Of a DNA stretch of 40,797 nucleotides, positions 1 to 8,348 are shown piece after piece. Below the pieces are notes generated by a model. It was not told the origin of the DNA and ran no database searches. It saw only the letters and a program-made list of their open reading frames with translations. The position numbers were made by a program, and so were the translations under genes. The stretch is from a virus (taxonomy: Duplodnaviria > Caudoviricetes), in IMG/VR virus record IMGVR_UViG_3300044723_002808, positions 1 through 40,797 of that record; one strand, 5' to 3'. The stretch's first letter is position 1, and each line of letters begins with the position of its first letter.

Positions 1-437
1 GGCATTGCTGGTTTAGGTTCAGTTTCCATAGCATTTTCATTTTTAAAGTTTGACGGAACTGACTTGAGAACTTCACCCAACTTTTGTATTGTAACGTGGT
101 CATTAGTATGATTGTATCTTTTCTTATATTCTTCATTTAATGCCATCATATGCTCATATAACCACATATAGTTAAATGGACTTTCAAATAACCATTGTGT
201 GCTAGGGTGATTTAACCAACCTGCTTTATATAGCAAAGTTTCTAAATTAGAGTTAGGGTGTTTCCATCTTTTTATCTTTCTACCATTGGCAGTCTTATCA
301 TAATATTCAACACCGTCAGATACTCTATGCACTGTGCATAATAATTGTGCTGACTCTAGTATCATTTTAACAACGTGTTTGTCGCAGGACATTTCTGCTG
401 ACTTCACTGGACATTTATCAAGATAAAATACATTCAT
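1..437 (-). CDS. Pyrimidine-dimer DNA glycosylase/endonuclease V-like protein (partial, runs off left edge)
   Basis: Not in ORF track; manual translation from ATG 437: MNVFYLDKCPVKSAEMSCDKHVVKMILESAQLLCTVHR...NHPSTQW, the MNIF..D..P / DKHV.KM..E..Q.L / NHP...W pattern of DenV-like phage proteins; ATG overlaps upstream TAA. Confidence 0.75.
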   Translation of the reverse strand, partial: MNVFYLDKCPVKSAEMSCDKHVVKMILESAQLLCTVHRVSDGVEYYDKTANGRKIKRWKHPNSNLETLLYKAGWLNHPSTQWLFESPFNYMWLYEHMMALNEEYKKRYNHTNDHVTIQKLGEVLKSVPSNFKNENAMETEPKPAM

Positions 438-571
438 TAATGAATAGTCCTCTCTAGTTTATTTTCAAAATATGCAATCACTCTGTTCCAGAAGTTTATC
501 ATATCTTTGTCTAAACATCTAGACTTTGCCTTTTCTGCTCTACTTATTCTTTTTTCTATTAAATCTGTCAT
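437..571 (-). CDS. Small hypothetical protein (44 aa, MTDLIEKR...)
   Basis: Start re-called at 571 with GGAGG SD; TAATG coupling to next gene. Confidence 0.6.
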   Translation of the reverse strand: MTDLIEKRISRAEKAKSRCLDKDMINFWNRVIAYFENKLERTIH

Positions 572-1604
572 TATCGACCTCCAAATATTTTTTAGGTTTA
601 AACTGATCAGATATGTCTTGTGGTTCTTTTTCTGATTGTTCATTCCAATCCATAATCTGATCTAACTTTACTTTAATCTCATCAGCATCTAAATCTGAAA
701 GTTCTTTTGCACCTAACTTTTGTACAAACTTTTTATAATCTCTTTCTTTTTTTCTTAACTCTCTCAATTTTTTATCTTTCAATTTTTCTGAATGAGATAT
801 CTTTTCCAACTTCTCTTCTAGTATAACCTTTTCATTTATTTTTGTCAACTCTTTTTTCTGCTTTCTTTCTGCTAAAGATATATTGGCGGCAATCAATAAT
901 AATACTGCTAATGGATCAAAAACAAACACCAATATAATAATTACTATTCTAACTGCTGAGTCAAAGTAATCTTCAGCACTATCACCATATATTAGTTCTG
1001 CAACATATTTTAATGGTCCTACTTCTGCCTCTATCTTGTCTTGCTCTATCTTTATTGTATTCTTTTCTAGCATTAGATCACCTAATATAGTAGATGCATC
1101 TGTAATTTCTTCATTCAATGCTAGTCTTTCAGGTTCTTGTTTCTTTCTTTCTTTTAGACCTCTAGTTACAAATTCTTTTTCTATATAAACATCAAGTGCT
1201 TTATCTAATTGATCTAAAGTATTTTGTGCCCTATCTATTCTTTTTTCTTGTGTCTTTATCTTACTGTCTAGTAATTCTATTTGTATTTCATTATTTGATG
1301 TGGGTTTGACTTGATCTAAATGTGCTTTTGATAAAAAACCAAAGATACCCATTGATGTTATGAATACCAATACAACAATAGCAGTAAATAGATAGGTCTT
1401 TAACAAGAAGGATACGTTACTATTCTTCCAGTTCTGATACAACCAACTTGCACTTACTAGTTTACCTATCTCTAACGCAGTACCCATTGCTATAATTGGT
1501 ACAACTGCACCAGAAAATAACGTAGCAAGACCCATAATGCTATAACCAGCGGCGATAATTGATATGGATATTGCTGAAAAGAATGTTAGTAGTGTGAATA
1601 TCAT
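540..1604 (-). CDS. Membrane protein: 3 N-terminal TM helices, long coiled coil, C-terminal TM
   Basis: Hydrophobic segments aa ~1-92 and ~218-244, heptad-rich middle; LE.GK and FDPLA motifs seen in conserved T4-like phage membrane proteins. Confidence 0.7.
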   Translation of the reverse strand: MIFTLLTFFSAISISIIAAGYSIMGLATLFSGAVVPIIAMGTALEIGKLVSASWLYQNWKNSNVSFLLKTYLFTAIVVLVFITSMGIFGFLSKAHLDQVKPTSNNEIQIELLDSKIKTQEKRIDRAQNTLDQLDKALDVYIEKEFVTRGLKERKKQEPERLALNEEITDASTILGDLMLEKNTIKIEQDKIEAEVGPLKYVAELIYGDSAEDYFDSAVRIVIIILVFVFDPLAVLLLIAANISLAERKQKKELTKINEKVILEEKLEKISHSEKLKDKKLRELRKKERDYKKFVQKLGAKELSDLDADEIKVKLDQIMDWNEQSEKEPQDISDQFKPKKYLEVDNDRFNRKKNK

Positions 1605-2266
1605 TGCATATATTTCCGTATTCTAGGGATTTGTCTTAATACTCTGTCTGTGTAATCGGGTGTGGTGTGAAATACTCCTGTTAATGTTCTTAACAGTTCT
1701 TCTGTCTCCAGGTTTTGCTCTTTGTCAAGCATTCTTTGTCTTTTATTTCTAAAGTCTTTATAAGCATAATGACTATTTAGTAATTTAACAAGATACTCAA
1801 CTGATTTACACTTGGTTTCAAACTTTCTTACACCCCAACCAGACCATTCTTTTTTAGACTCAATAAGAACGTGTGGTATATTTTTATTATAAGTTCTGAT
1901 ACCAAAGAGATTGTTTGCCTCATTTGCAAACCTACTTGTACCATAACCAGTTTCTAATGATGCCATACCTGTAATCATCTCGTATGGTATACGTTGTTCT
2001 TTAGGTGTGGTAAAATTAACAAAATCAATACATTTATACATTGCTCTTACAAACGTAGCATCATTTGAATATTCAAAACTAGGTTCGTGCAAACCTATAC
2101 CTAATGCCCAACCCGTATAAAATTCTTCTATTTTGTTTGATATCTTCTTATAAGCATAATCATTAGGCATAAATGTACCAACACCGTATGCGACTACTAC
2201 CACTATGCTGGTATGCAATAGCAGTAGTAATCTATTCTTCCACGAGGTTTTACTTTTTTGTGACAA
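1601..2266 (-). CDS. GH73 glucosaminidase (Bax/FlgJ-like peptidoglycan hydrolase) with N-terminal TM
   Basis: MASLETGYGTSRFANEANNLFGIR motif, C-terminal (F/Y)HTTPDY; hydrophobic aa 13-31. Confidence 0.85.
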   Translation of the reverse strand: MSQKSKTSWKNRLLLLLHTSIVVVVAYGVGTFMPNDYAYKKISNKIEEFYTGWALGIGLHEPSFEYSNDATFVRAMYKCIDFVNFTTPKEQRIPYEMITGMASLETGYGTSRFANEANNLFGIRTYNKNIPHVLIESKKEWSGWGVRKFETKCKSVEYLVKLLNSHYAYKDFRNKRQRMLDKEQNLETEELLRTLTGVFHTTPDYTDRVLRQIPRIRKYMQ

Positions 2267-2510
2267 TGTACTCGTATCCGTCTAAGTCTTTTTCTAACTT
2301 ACGTTGTAGAAAAATGTAATTATCGTGATAACCACGAATCTTCTTAAATAACTTTTCTGACTGCTTTTCTGTAAAGTTATTTAGTACATCTTCTGCAAAG
2401 TTACCCACATAATACACCATTGTCTTCTCTTCTGATGTATAAAAACGGTCTAACTTATCGGGTACATCTTTTATTAATGATTTTAAGTAATGATCAATTT
2501 CTTTTGACAT
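2250..2510 (-). CDS. Hypothetical protein
   Basis: 86 aa ORF with AAGGA SD. Confidence 0.65.
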   Translation of the reverse strand: MSKEIDHYLKSLIKDVPDKLDRFYTSEEKTMVYYVGNFAEDVLNNFTEKQSEKLFKKIRGYHDNYIFLQRKLEKDLDGYEYIVTKK

Positions 2511-2531
2511 AATAGTCCTTTCATAATATAG

Positions 2532-2807
2532 TTAACAATCGTCTTCAATCTTCGTGTCTTCAAGTAATTTACACTTATACTTCTTGTCTGCCTCTAATCT
2601 TAAATCTGTAGCAATTTTGTCTAATATTGCTGGCAGATATTGTTGCATTATACTAATGACTTCAATAGAGTATTGGTGTGCCATTCGTTCAAGTTCTAAC
2701 TCTAAACTTTTAGATGCATCAATTTCTTGTGAGTGTGAGGATTTTACAGTAAGATAACCAATTAAAATCATACCACACACTAATAATATTTTTTGAATGT
2801 TGTTCAT
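2532..2807 (-). CDS. Hypothetical exported/membrane protein
   Basis: N-terminal hydrophobic signal-like segment. Confidence 0.6.
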   Translation of the reverse strand: MNNIQKILLVCGMILIGYLTVKSSHSQEIDASKSLELELERMAHQYSIEVISIMQQYLPAILDKIATDLRLEADKKYKCKLLEDTKIEDDC

Positions 2808-2810
2808 AAT

Positions 2811-2981
2811 TTATCCATAATGTTTTTGGTGATATAGTTCTTGTTCTATTGTATTTGATATTTGTGTTGACATTTCTGTCCATTTTATCACCATAGTCTG
2901 CACGAATTTTCTTCTTTCGTCAGCATTCATTCTAGCAATAGTTTCTACTACTTCATCTACATTTATATTATTGTTTGTCAT
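2811..2981 (-). CDS. Small hypothetical protein (56 aa, MTNNNINVDE...)
   Basis: Below ORF-track cutoff; manual translation, GAAAGGA SD, directly downstream of an early promoter. Confidence 0.7.
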   Translation of the reverse strand: MTNNNINVDEVVETIARMNADERRKFVQTMVIKWTEMSTQISNTIEQELYHQKHYG

Positions 2982-2993
2982 ATTTTTTCCTTT

Positions 2994-3038
2994 CGAATCA
3001 TTATACTATTATAATACCATATCTGACGAAAAAGTCAA
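2994..3038 (-). promoter_or_regulatory. Sigma70-type early promoter with downstream TGATTCG motif
   Basis: TTGACT(3038-3033)-N16-TATTAT(3016-3011), TGn extension, overlapping TATAAT; TGATTCG at 3000-2994. Confidence 0.8.
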
Positions 3039-3040
3039 GT

Positions 3041-3069
3041 AAAAAGTCCTAATTAAAGATAATTAGGAC
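3041..3069 (-). terminator. Intrinsic terminator
   Basis: Stem GTCCTAATTA/TAATTAGGAC (3046-3069) followed by TTTTT on minus strand, spanning the stop of the 3053-3421 gene. Confidence 0.6.
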
Positions 3070-3421
3070 CAGTCCAAGAACTACCAAAGTTACCAGACAA
3101 GACGTTTCCTCTTGCTTTATTTCTTGCTGGACCTCTCCAACCTGCCGCCATAAGTATATCACCTACTTGAAACTTCTTATCATTCTCACTAGCAACGATA
3201 AAACCCCAAACAGATTGCTGACCGTTACCCAAGTCACTTATAACTTTTATGTATTTTGAACCTTTTTTGACGTGCATACCAAGACCTCTTTCGATTTGTC
3301 TAGAACCATAGTTACTAAGTTTCTCAGTACCGTTTCGTGTTGACCATCTCTCATAGTCTTTAATACAGTGATTAATAAGGTTATTAATACCAGTGTCTAA
3401 TTGTTTTTGAATGTTTGTCAT
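3053..3421 (-). CDS. Conserved phage early hypothetical protein
   Basis: Start re-called at 3421 (GAAAGGA SD); KYIKV...SVWGFI...GDILMAAGW..PARN.ARGNV pattern common in myophage early genes. Confidence 0.75.
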   Translation of the reverse strand: MTNIQKQLDTGINNLINHCIKDYERWSTRNGTEKLSNYGSRQIERGLGMHVKKGSKYIKVISDLGNGQQSVWGFIVASENDKKFQVGDILMAAGWRGPARNKARGNVLSGNFGSSWTGPNYL

Positions 3422-3444
3422 ATTTTTTCCTTTCATTATCATTT

Positions 3445-3489
3445 CGAATCAGTATACTATTATAATACCATATTCGACAGAAAAGTCAA
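3445..3489 (-). promoter_or_regulatory. Sigma70-type early promoter with downstream TGATTCG motif
   Basis: TTGACT(3489-3484)-N16-TATTAT(3467-3462); TGATTCG at 3451-3445; near copy of the 2994-3038 element. Confidence 0.8.
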
Positions 3490-3501
3490 GGAAAAAATTA
3501 A

Positions 3502-4062
3502 TTAAGCATCTTTTCTCATAAATTCATCATTCCAACCAAACGCATCTTTTACTAAATTAGCAGTTAAACCCTTATATACTTTGTTTAACTTCTTATCTTT
3601 GATGTTTATTAGTAAAAGTGCCTCTTCTTTTGATAAATTTTCTAATACTTGAATGAACATAGTTTCTTTTCTTGTTTTAGATAATCCTGGATTACCACCC
3701 ACTAAAAAGTGCCATAGTTTTGTTGACTCGTCTGCTAACCAAGTATGTTGTGTCCCTAAAGGTGCCTCATTTGCTTTGTATGGTGGTGTTCCATTTGGTA
3801 AATCCCATTGTATTTTAGGATCAAATGCACCCTTCATTAACATTCTTAATGGTTCACTATCATAATCTTGTAATATCTTTAACTTTTTAGGTTTATCTTT
3901 TGCATTATTAACTCTTGTTAATATTTCGTGATACGTTGCTCTATTTGATTTAGTTGCCGTTCTAGCATAAGCACCCATACTCTTTTTTGATATAAGATTT
4001 GGGTTTTCTTGTGGTTGTTGTGGAGTGTTTAATTGTTCCACTTTAAATCTACTATCTACCAT
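3502..4062 (-). CDS. Conserved T4-like phage hypothetical protein (DUF6433-like)
   Basis: AFDP.I.W.LP.G.PPY..NEAP.GT and RKETMFIQ.LE.L...EA.LL...KDK motifs. Confidence 0.7.
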   Translation of the reverse strand: MVDSRFKVEQLNTPQQPQENPNLISKKSMGAYARTATKSNRATYHEILTRVNNAKDKPKKLKILQDYDSEPLRMLMKGAFDPKIQWDLPNGTPPYKANEAPLGTQHTWLADESTKLWHFLVGGNPGLSKTRKETMFIQVLENLSKEEALLLINIKDKKLNKVYKGLTANLVKDAFGWNDEFMRKDA

Positions 4063-4089
4063 AATTTCTCCTTCAATTCATAAAGATAT

Positions 4090-4560
4090 TTATACATCAA
4101 AATCCGGGTCAAATGTGACACCATCTTCCATATCTTTTAAATCTTCTTTTATTTGTTTACTGTAAGCATCTTTTTTATTTGCTTTTACATTTTTTAATAA
4201 TCTTTTGTAATCTAATTTAGCAGTAGGACCTTTTGTCTTACTATCTGTTAATGATACTAATTCGTCAACTAATTTTTGACAAGGGTGGTTAGTACCAAAA
4301 TCTCTGTAAATTAAACCTCTTAATGAATCAACCGTCAATGCAAAATCTCTTATAAATTGTGGTGAATTTATATGAATTTTTAAATCATAAAAAAATCTAA
4401 TTAGGTGTAATGCAGTATCATCTACACACGCCTCTACAAATTCTCTTGTTTGTTTTTCCTCTATCTCTTTTGAGATTTTCTTTACTTCTTTTTTATCAGT
4501 AATTAGTTTATCTCTATCGATATGTTTTTTAGGAAATGGTATTACATTATCTTTTGTCAT
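4090..4560 (-). CDS. Hypothetical protein with N-terminal DNVIPFP motif
   Basis: 156 aa ORF. Confidence 0.7.
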   Translation of the reverse strand: MTKDNVIPFPKKHIDRDKLITDKKEVKKISKEIEEKQTREFVEACVDDTALHLIRFFYDLKIHINSPQFIRDFALTVDSLRGLIYRDFGTNHPCQKLVDELVSLTDSKTKGPTAKLDYKRLLKNVKANKKDAYSKQIKEDLKDMEDGVTFDPDFDV

Positions 4561-4717
4561 TCAAAATACTTTCTATAATATATTTTTTCTGGTTATCTAT
4601 TAATTCTCTTTGTTCTTTTATTTTTGTCATTTGATTTGCAATATCTTCTGCAATATCTTTTAATTTAACTTCTCTAATATTGCTTTTAGGAAATGGTATT
4701 ACGTTGTCATTACTCAT
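4547..4717 (-). CDS. Small coiled-coil protein (56 aa) with N-terminal DNVIPFP motif
   Basis: Manual translation MSNDNVIPFPKSNIREVK...ILNDKR; fills the gap between neighbours. Confidence 0.65.
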   Translation of the reverse strand: MSNDNVIPFPKSNIREVKLKDIAEDIANQMTKIKEQRELIDNQKKYIIESILNDKR

Positions 4718-4976
4718 TTATAATCTCTCCTTTAAAATTTACTTTACCTTTATCAGCAAAGTATTCAACTAATTGATTATAACCACCGATTAGTTTACTA
4801 TTTATTTTAATTTGAGGTACAGTTTTGACACGTTTACCAATCGCCTCTAAAAACTCTTGTTTAGTGTTGTAATCATTGATACTGTTCTCAACATACGACA
4901 ATCCAAGACCCTTTAACAGAGTCTTGGATTTATCACAATAGATGCAGTTAGGTTTACTGAATATTTCTATTTTCAT
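4710..4976 (-). CDS. Glutaredoxin (NrdC/NrdH-like)
   Basis: CIYC active site, TVPQI, IGGY. Confidence 0.93.
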   Translation of the reverse strand: MKIEIFSKPNCIYCDKSKTLLKGLGLSYVENSINDYNTKQEFLEAIGKRVKTVPQIKINSKLIGGYNQLVEYFADKGKVNFKGEIINE

Positions 4977-5574
4977 TTGAACCTTCTTTCATAAGGTTCG
5001 AGTATGCCTCTTGTGACTTATCTTCTATTTTGTATGAATTTAAAATCTCATCTGCATTATAATTATGCAATTTATTAAACTCACCAAGAGGTAATCTCAA
5101 ACCAACCCACGCCCTATAGTTTCCGTTTTGTGTCAATGTAACATCTTGCTCAAAGACTTCATAACCTTTTACAACAGTTGCTTTGATTTCATTGACTGTT
5201 ACTGTTTCAAAATCATTTGCTACTTGTTTATTATTAGCACTCTGACCAACTTCTTTCGCATATGCTTTTGACTGCTTATTCATTTCACCTTTAACTAAAT
5301 CGGCAAGTTCTGCTTTTGCTTTTAGTTTTGCTTTTTCTACTGCTAAATCTAAACTAGGTGAAACGGCAGTACCCATACCATAGATACATACTTTATTATC
5401 GTCTTTCTTTGTGAACATAGAAGTATCACACGCCCTTGACTCTTTAATGTCTGCCATATACCACTTTGGTACTGTATTGACAACATCACCACTCTCACTT
5501 TTTATTTTGTAGTTACCCATACTAGAACAAGCACCAAGTAAACTAACTATCACTATTAACATAATATATTTCAT
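4954..5574 (-). CDS. Lipoprotein (LPP20-like)
   Basis: Lipobox LLGAC; VPKWY; A...A...AKAELA helix. Confidence 0.75.
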   Translation of the reverse strand: MKYIMLIVIVSLLGACSSMGNYKIKSESGDVVNTVPKWYMADIKESRACDTSMFTKKDDNKVCIYGMGTAVSPSLDLAVEKAKLKAKAELADLVKGEMNKQSKAYAKEVGQSANNKQVANDFETVTVNEIKATVVKGYEVFEQDVTLTQNGNYRAWVGLRLPLGEFNKLHNYNADEILNSYKIEDKSQEAYSNLMKEGSNENRNIQ

Positions 5575-5741
5575 TATTCTTCCTCACTTTCAATATCTAA
5601 ATTATCAATTAATTTGTCTTTATTATCTACCAATTCTTCAACTTTGTCAACCGTAGTTCGTATACCATTGAAAAATTGTTTGTATCCTATAACATAAATC
5701 AACCAAGTTATAAGACCTATTATAATCAAGTTCTTTATCAT
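5574..5741 (-). CDS. Small single-TM protein (55 aa, MIKNLIIIGL...)
   Basis: Manual translation; ATGA and TAATG overlaps with both neighbours. Confidence 0.7.
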   Translation of the reverse strand: MIKNLIIIGLITWLIYVIGYKQFFNGIRTTVDKVEELVDNKDKLIDNLDIESEEE

Positions 5742-6118
5742 TTGATTTCCCACCTTCCGTTAGTTTTTAAACAAGTTTTGCCGTGCGACTTAAATGCGTG
5801 ACGATCTCTACTATAATATCTACAATATTCAGGTGCAGATACATCTCTATAGTAAAATTCAGCAAACAATCCCCAATAACTAGGACCGTCCATTCTTTTT
5901 CTACCATCACTACATTCCATAATTTCTTCTTTGATTATGGTGTCACCACTCTTTTTAATAATTTGTTTTATTAAACAGTGTTGACCATCAACGTTTCTTG
6001 GTGAAGGCACAATTTCACTATACAATACATCATCTCCAGCATCACTATCTCTCACTATTGCTATAACACATAACAATATAAAAAATGCTATCAGCATTAT
6101 TTTTAATAAACTATTCAT
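5738..6118 (-). CDS. Exported Cys-containing protein
   Basis: Start re-called at MNSLLK (6118); signal/TM segment; C-terminal C...GRW like the neighbouring 17-kDa antigen domain. Confidence 0.65.
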   Translation of the reverse strand: MNSLLKIMLIAFFILLCVIAIVRDSDAGDDVLYSEIVPSPRNVDGQHCLIKQIIKKSGDTIIKEEIMECSDGRKRMDGPSYWGLFAEFYYRDVSAPEYCRYYSRDRHAFKSHGKTCLKTNGRWEIK

Positions 6119-6590
6119 ATTCAAACCACCTCCCATCTGGTAATTGACACGCAATTCCGTGTACTACTTCTCTTGTAGGTGCAGTACCATAACCTAATAC
6201 AGGCCATTGATTAGTTACATCAACTGTTGCACTGTAATCTTTACACTTAATTGGTCCTTTCATATAAGACCTAGTAGTATGAATAATACCACTGTTTTTT
6301 GTATTTGGATTATACCAATTTGTGTATGATGCCCCTTGAGGACCATTATTTAAATGATCTACAAATGTAGCATTGTGTACATCATAATCATCATTATACA
6401 TTAGTTCAGCACCAGCAAATGCACCTATCAAACCACATACAGATGCTAGATAGGGGTTCTGCACACCTAAAGATACACAAGTACCTGTACCTGATGCTCC
6501 ACCTATAATAGCACCTTTCTGTGAACGACTAGCACAATTTACTAGCAATACACTAATCAGTAAAATCCATATTAGATTCACGAATTTCAT
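6111..6590 (-). CDS. 17-kDa surface-antigen-like lipoprotein (glycine zipper + C-terminal domain)
   Basis: Start re-called at MKFVNL; lipobox LLVNC; GAIIGGASG / GLIGAFAG; W.NP.T..SG and AC..PDG.W motifs. Confidence 0.8.
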   Translation of the reverse strand: MKFVNLIWILLISVLLVNCASRSQKGAIIGGASGTGTCVSLGVQNPYLASVCGLIGAFAGAELMYNDDYDVHNATFVDHLNNGPQGASYTNWYNPNTKNSGIIHTTRSYMKGPIKCKDYSATVDVTNQWPVLGYGTAPTREVVHGIACQLPDGRWFEYE

Positions 6591-6765
6591 TACAAATTTT
6601 CCTTTTATCAAAGTTGTTAATAACATATAGGTTATTCTGAGAATTACCTACGATCACATATTTAGAATACTCTCGTTTATTCCAAAATTCTTTTGCTCTT
6701 TCACTCAAACATATTATTGTTGAGCAATCATCAAAATCAGATACAGTTAACTTAAAATCACTCAT
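6553..6765 (-). CDS. Hypothetical protein
   Basis: 70 aa ORF coupled to upstream gene. Confidence 0.55.
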   Translation of the reverse strand: MSDFKLTVSDFDDCSTIICLSERAKEFWNKREYSKYVIVGNSQNNLYVINNFDKRKICNEIRESNMDFTD

Positions 6766-7076
6766 ACTTTCCTCCCCATTGTTTTAATATCAGAACCATC
6801 AACTAATTGATATGTACCTTTGTTATAACCAATACCCACTGTTTTCCCTGCAGGAATATAAGGTTTACTAGGTGACCATTTTTTTCTACCTATACCTGAT
6901 ATATTGTTGCTTGTTTTGTACTCTTCTTTTGTAGACAAGTCAGGAAACGGTGTGCCTAATCTTTGTTTGATAATAACTCTATTTCTAGTGTTAATAGTCA
7001 AACCCATAGATAATAAAAACTTTCTATGTTCATTCTGTGCTTTTTGTAATTTTTGTTTTTTGGTCAATTTTTTCAT
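6762..7076 (-). CDS. Basic hypothetical phage protein
   Basis: YNKG.YQ motif near C-terminus; own promoter. Confidence 0.7.
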   Translation of the reverse strand: MKKLTKKQKLQKAQNEHRKFLLSMGLTINTRNRVIIKQRLGTPFPDLSTKEEYKTSNNISGIGRKKWSPSKPYIPAGKTVGIGYNKGTYQLVDGSDIKTMGRKV

Positions 7077-7087
7077 AATATAATTAT

Positions 7088-7116
7088 AGTCTATCTCATT
7101 CCTGAAATCTTGTCAA
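7088..7116 (-). promoter_or_regulatory. Sigma70-type promoter, very short leader
   Basis: TTGACA(7116-7111)-N17-TAGACT(7093-7088), 11 nt before ATG 7076, no SD. Confidence 0.55.
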
Positions 7117-7309
7117 GTTTTTCTATGAGATGTTTTAGAATTTCTTTTATCTCATCAATATCTTTATTACCTACTGTAGTAAAATCACCATCAGAAGTTC
7201 TTGTTCTACCTTTTACTTCTGCTAGGTATATATCATCAAATATTTTTTCGTCTTTATCCACTTTCTTGCTCCTCACACTCTCACGCCAGGCATCATCCAT
7301 CATACCCAT
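7091..7309 (-). CDS. Hypothetical protein
   Basis: 72 aa ORF, AGGAG SD. Confidence 0.65.
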   Translation of the reverse strand: MGMMDDAWRESVRSKKVDKDEKIFDDIYLAEVKGRTRTSDGDFTTVGNKDIDEIKEILKHLIEKLDKISGMR

Positions 7310-7498
7310 TTATACTCCTAAATATTTTTTCACTTTGTCATTATAATTATTCATAAAGAATTCATCTTTATAATACTCTGTCTTGTTGTTCATAAAGTCT
7401 TTTACAAACTTTATAAAATCTTTTTGTTTCCAACTTTTAAAATTTAGAGCATAGTTGAAACTCTCGTCAAAAATAGTTACTAATTCATTGTATGTCAT
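7310..7498 (-). CDS. Hypothetical protein
   Basis: 62 aa ORF, AGGA SD. Confidence 0.6.
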   Translation of the reverse strand: MTYNELVTIFDESFNYALNFKSWKQKDFIKFVKDFMNNKTEYYKDEFFMNNYNDKVKKYLGV

Positions 7499-7505
7499 TT
7501 TATTC

Positions 7506-7715
7506 CTATCTATTTATATATTGATCATAAAAGCATTCCATCTTTTCCCACAGGTCTTCTGAACTAGTATTAAGTTCGTCTGCAATAGTGTTGAAGTTAT
7601 CTTCTAGAGTATCAACATCAGACATTGATTGTCCTGCTAGAGTTGCCTGTAAATCTTGATATACAGAGAATGCTTTATTTTCTAAATCGATTATTTGTTC
7701 ATTTGTTAGTGTCAT
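7506..7715 (-). CDS. Acidic hypothetical protein
   Basis: 69 aa ORF, GAAAGGA SD, downstream of promoter. Confidence 0.7.
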   Translation of the reverse strand: MTLTNEQIIDLENKAFSVYQDLQATLAGQSMSDVDTLEDNFNTIADELNTSSEDLWEKMECFYDQYINR

Positions 7716-7727
7716 ATTTAGTCCTTT

Positions 7728-7781
7728 CGAATCATTTATTGTTTATATTATTATATTACACCCTTTTGTGAATAATGTCAA
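7728..7781 (-). promoter_or_regulatory. Sigma70-type early promoter with downstream TGATTCG motif
   Basis: TTGACA(7781-7776)-N17-TAATAT(7758-7753); TGATTCG at 7734-7728. Confidence 0.75.
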
Positions 7782-8028
7782 GAACTTTTTTTCTATCGTC
7801 ATCATCATAGGTTTCACCTACTAACCAAACCTCATCTTCAGGTGCGTTAGGGTTAGGGTTTTCATAAACGTATTGACCCTTTGTATTGTGTCTAAACATA
7901 GTCATATACGTTCCTTCTATAGTCTTTTCATAGTCTTCTTGACTTTTAAAAGACTTATAGTCAATGCTTTTTATTAGTGAGGCAAAGAACTCAATCTTTC
8001 TTTTATTAAATTGTTTAGAATAATCCAT
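7756..8028 (-). CDS. Hypothetical protein
   Basis: 90 aa ORF, AAGGAG SD. Confidence 0.7.
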   Translation of the reverse strand: MDYSKQFNKRKIEFFASLIKSIDYKSFKSQEDYEKTIEGTYMTMFRHNTKGQYVYENPNPNAPEDEVWLVGETYDDDDRKKVLDIIHKRV

Positions 8029-8044
8029 AGTGTATCTCCTTTTA

Positions 8045-8323
8045 TTATCCGGTTAATAGAATATCTTGCTCAATTGAATCTAACTTCGACATAATCGCAG
8101 TATTTTCTGAATCTATCTTCGATATAATCGCAGTATTTTCTGCTTTTAGTGTCTTATTATCATTCTGAAGAATGTTTAGTTGAACTTGCATTTTCTTCAG
8201 TGTTTCAACTAGAATTGACATTTGTGTGTCAATTTTATCAACGTTGACCTTGATTTTATCTTGATCGACCCCAATTTCTTCATTTAGGATTTGGTAAATA
8301 TCATCATTATTATACGTTGTCAT
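8045..8323 (-). CDS. Coiled-coil hypothetical protein
   Basis: 92 aa ORF, GAAAGGA SD. Confidence 0.7.
   Translation of the reverse strand: MTTYNNDDIYQILNEEIGVDQDKIKVNVDKIDTQMSILVETLKKMQVQLNILQNDNKTLKAENTAIISKIDSENTAIMSKLDSIEQDILLTG
8075..8140. repeat. 33-bp tandem duplication (2 copies, 31/33 identical), in frame
   Basis: TGAATCTA(A/T)CTTCGA(C/T)ATAATCGCAGTATTTTC x2, encoding ENTAIISKIDS/ENTAIMSKLDS. Confidence 0.9.
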
Positions 8324-8348
8324 AGTTTGTCCTTTCTTTTATTATTAA

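Noticed and set aside
5622-5650. Internal promoter TTGACA-N17-GATAAT in the 5574-5741 ORF
   Set aside because: Plausible, but the -10 lacks the first T and the hexamer is explained by Val-Asp-Lys codons; not enough support
8075-8140. Repeat as CRISPR mini-array
   Set aside because: Directly tandem with no spacer, and in frame within a CDS
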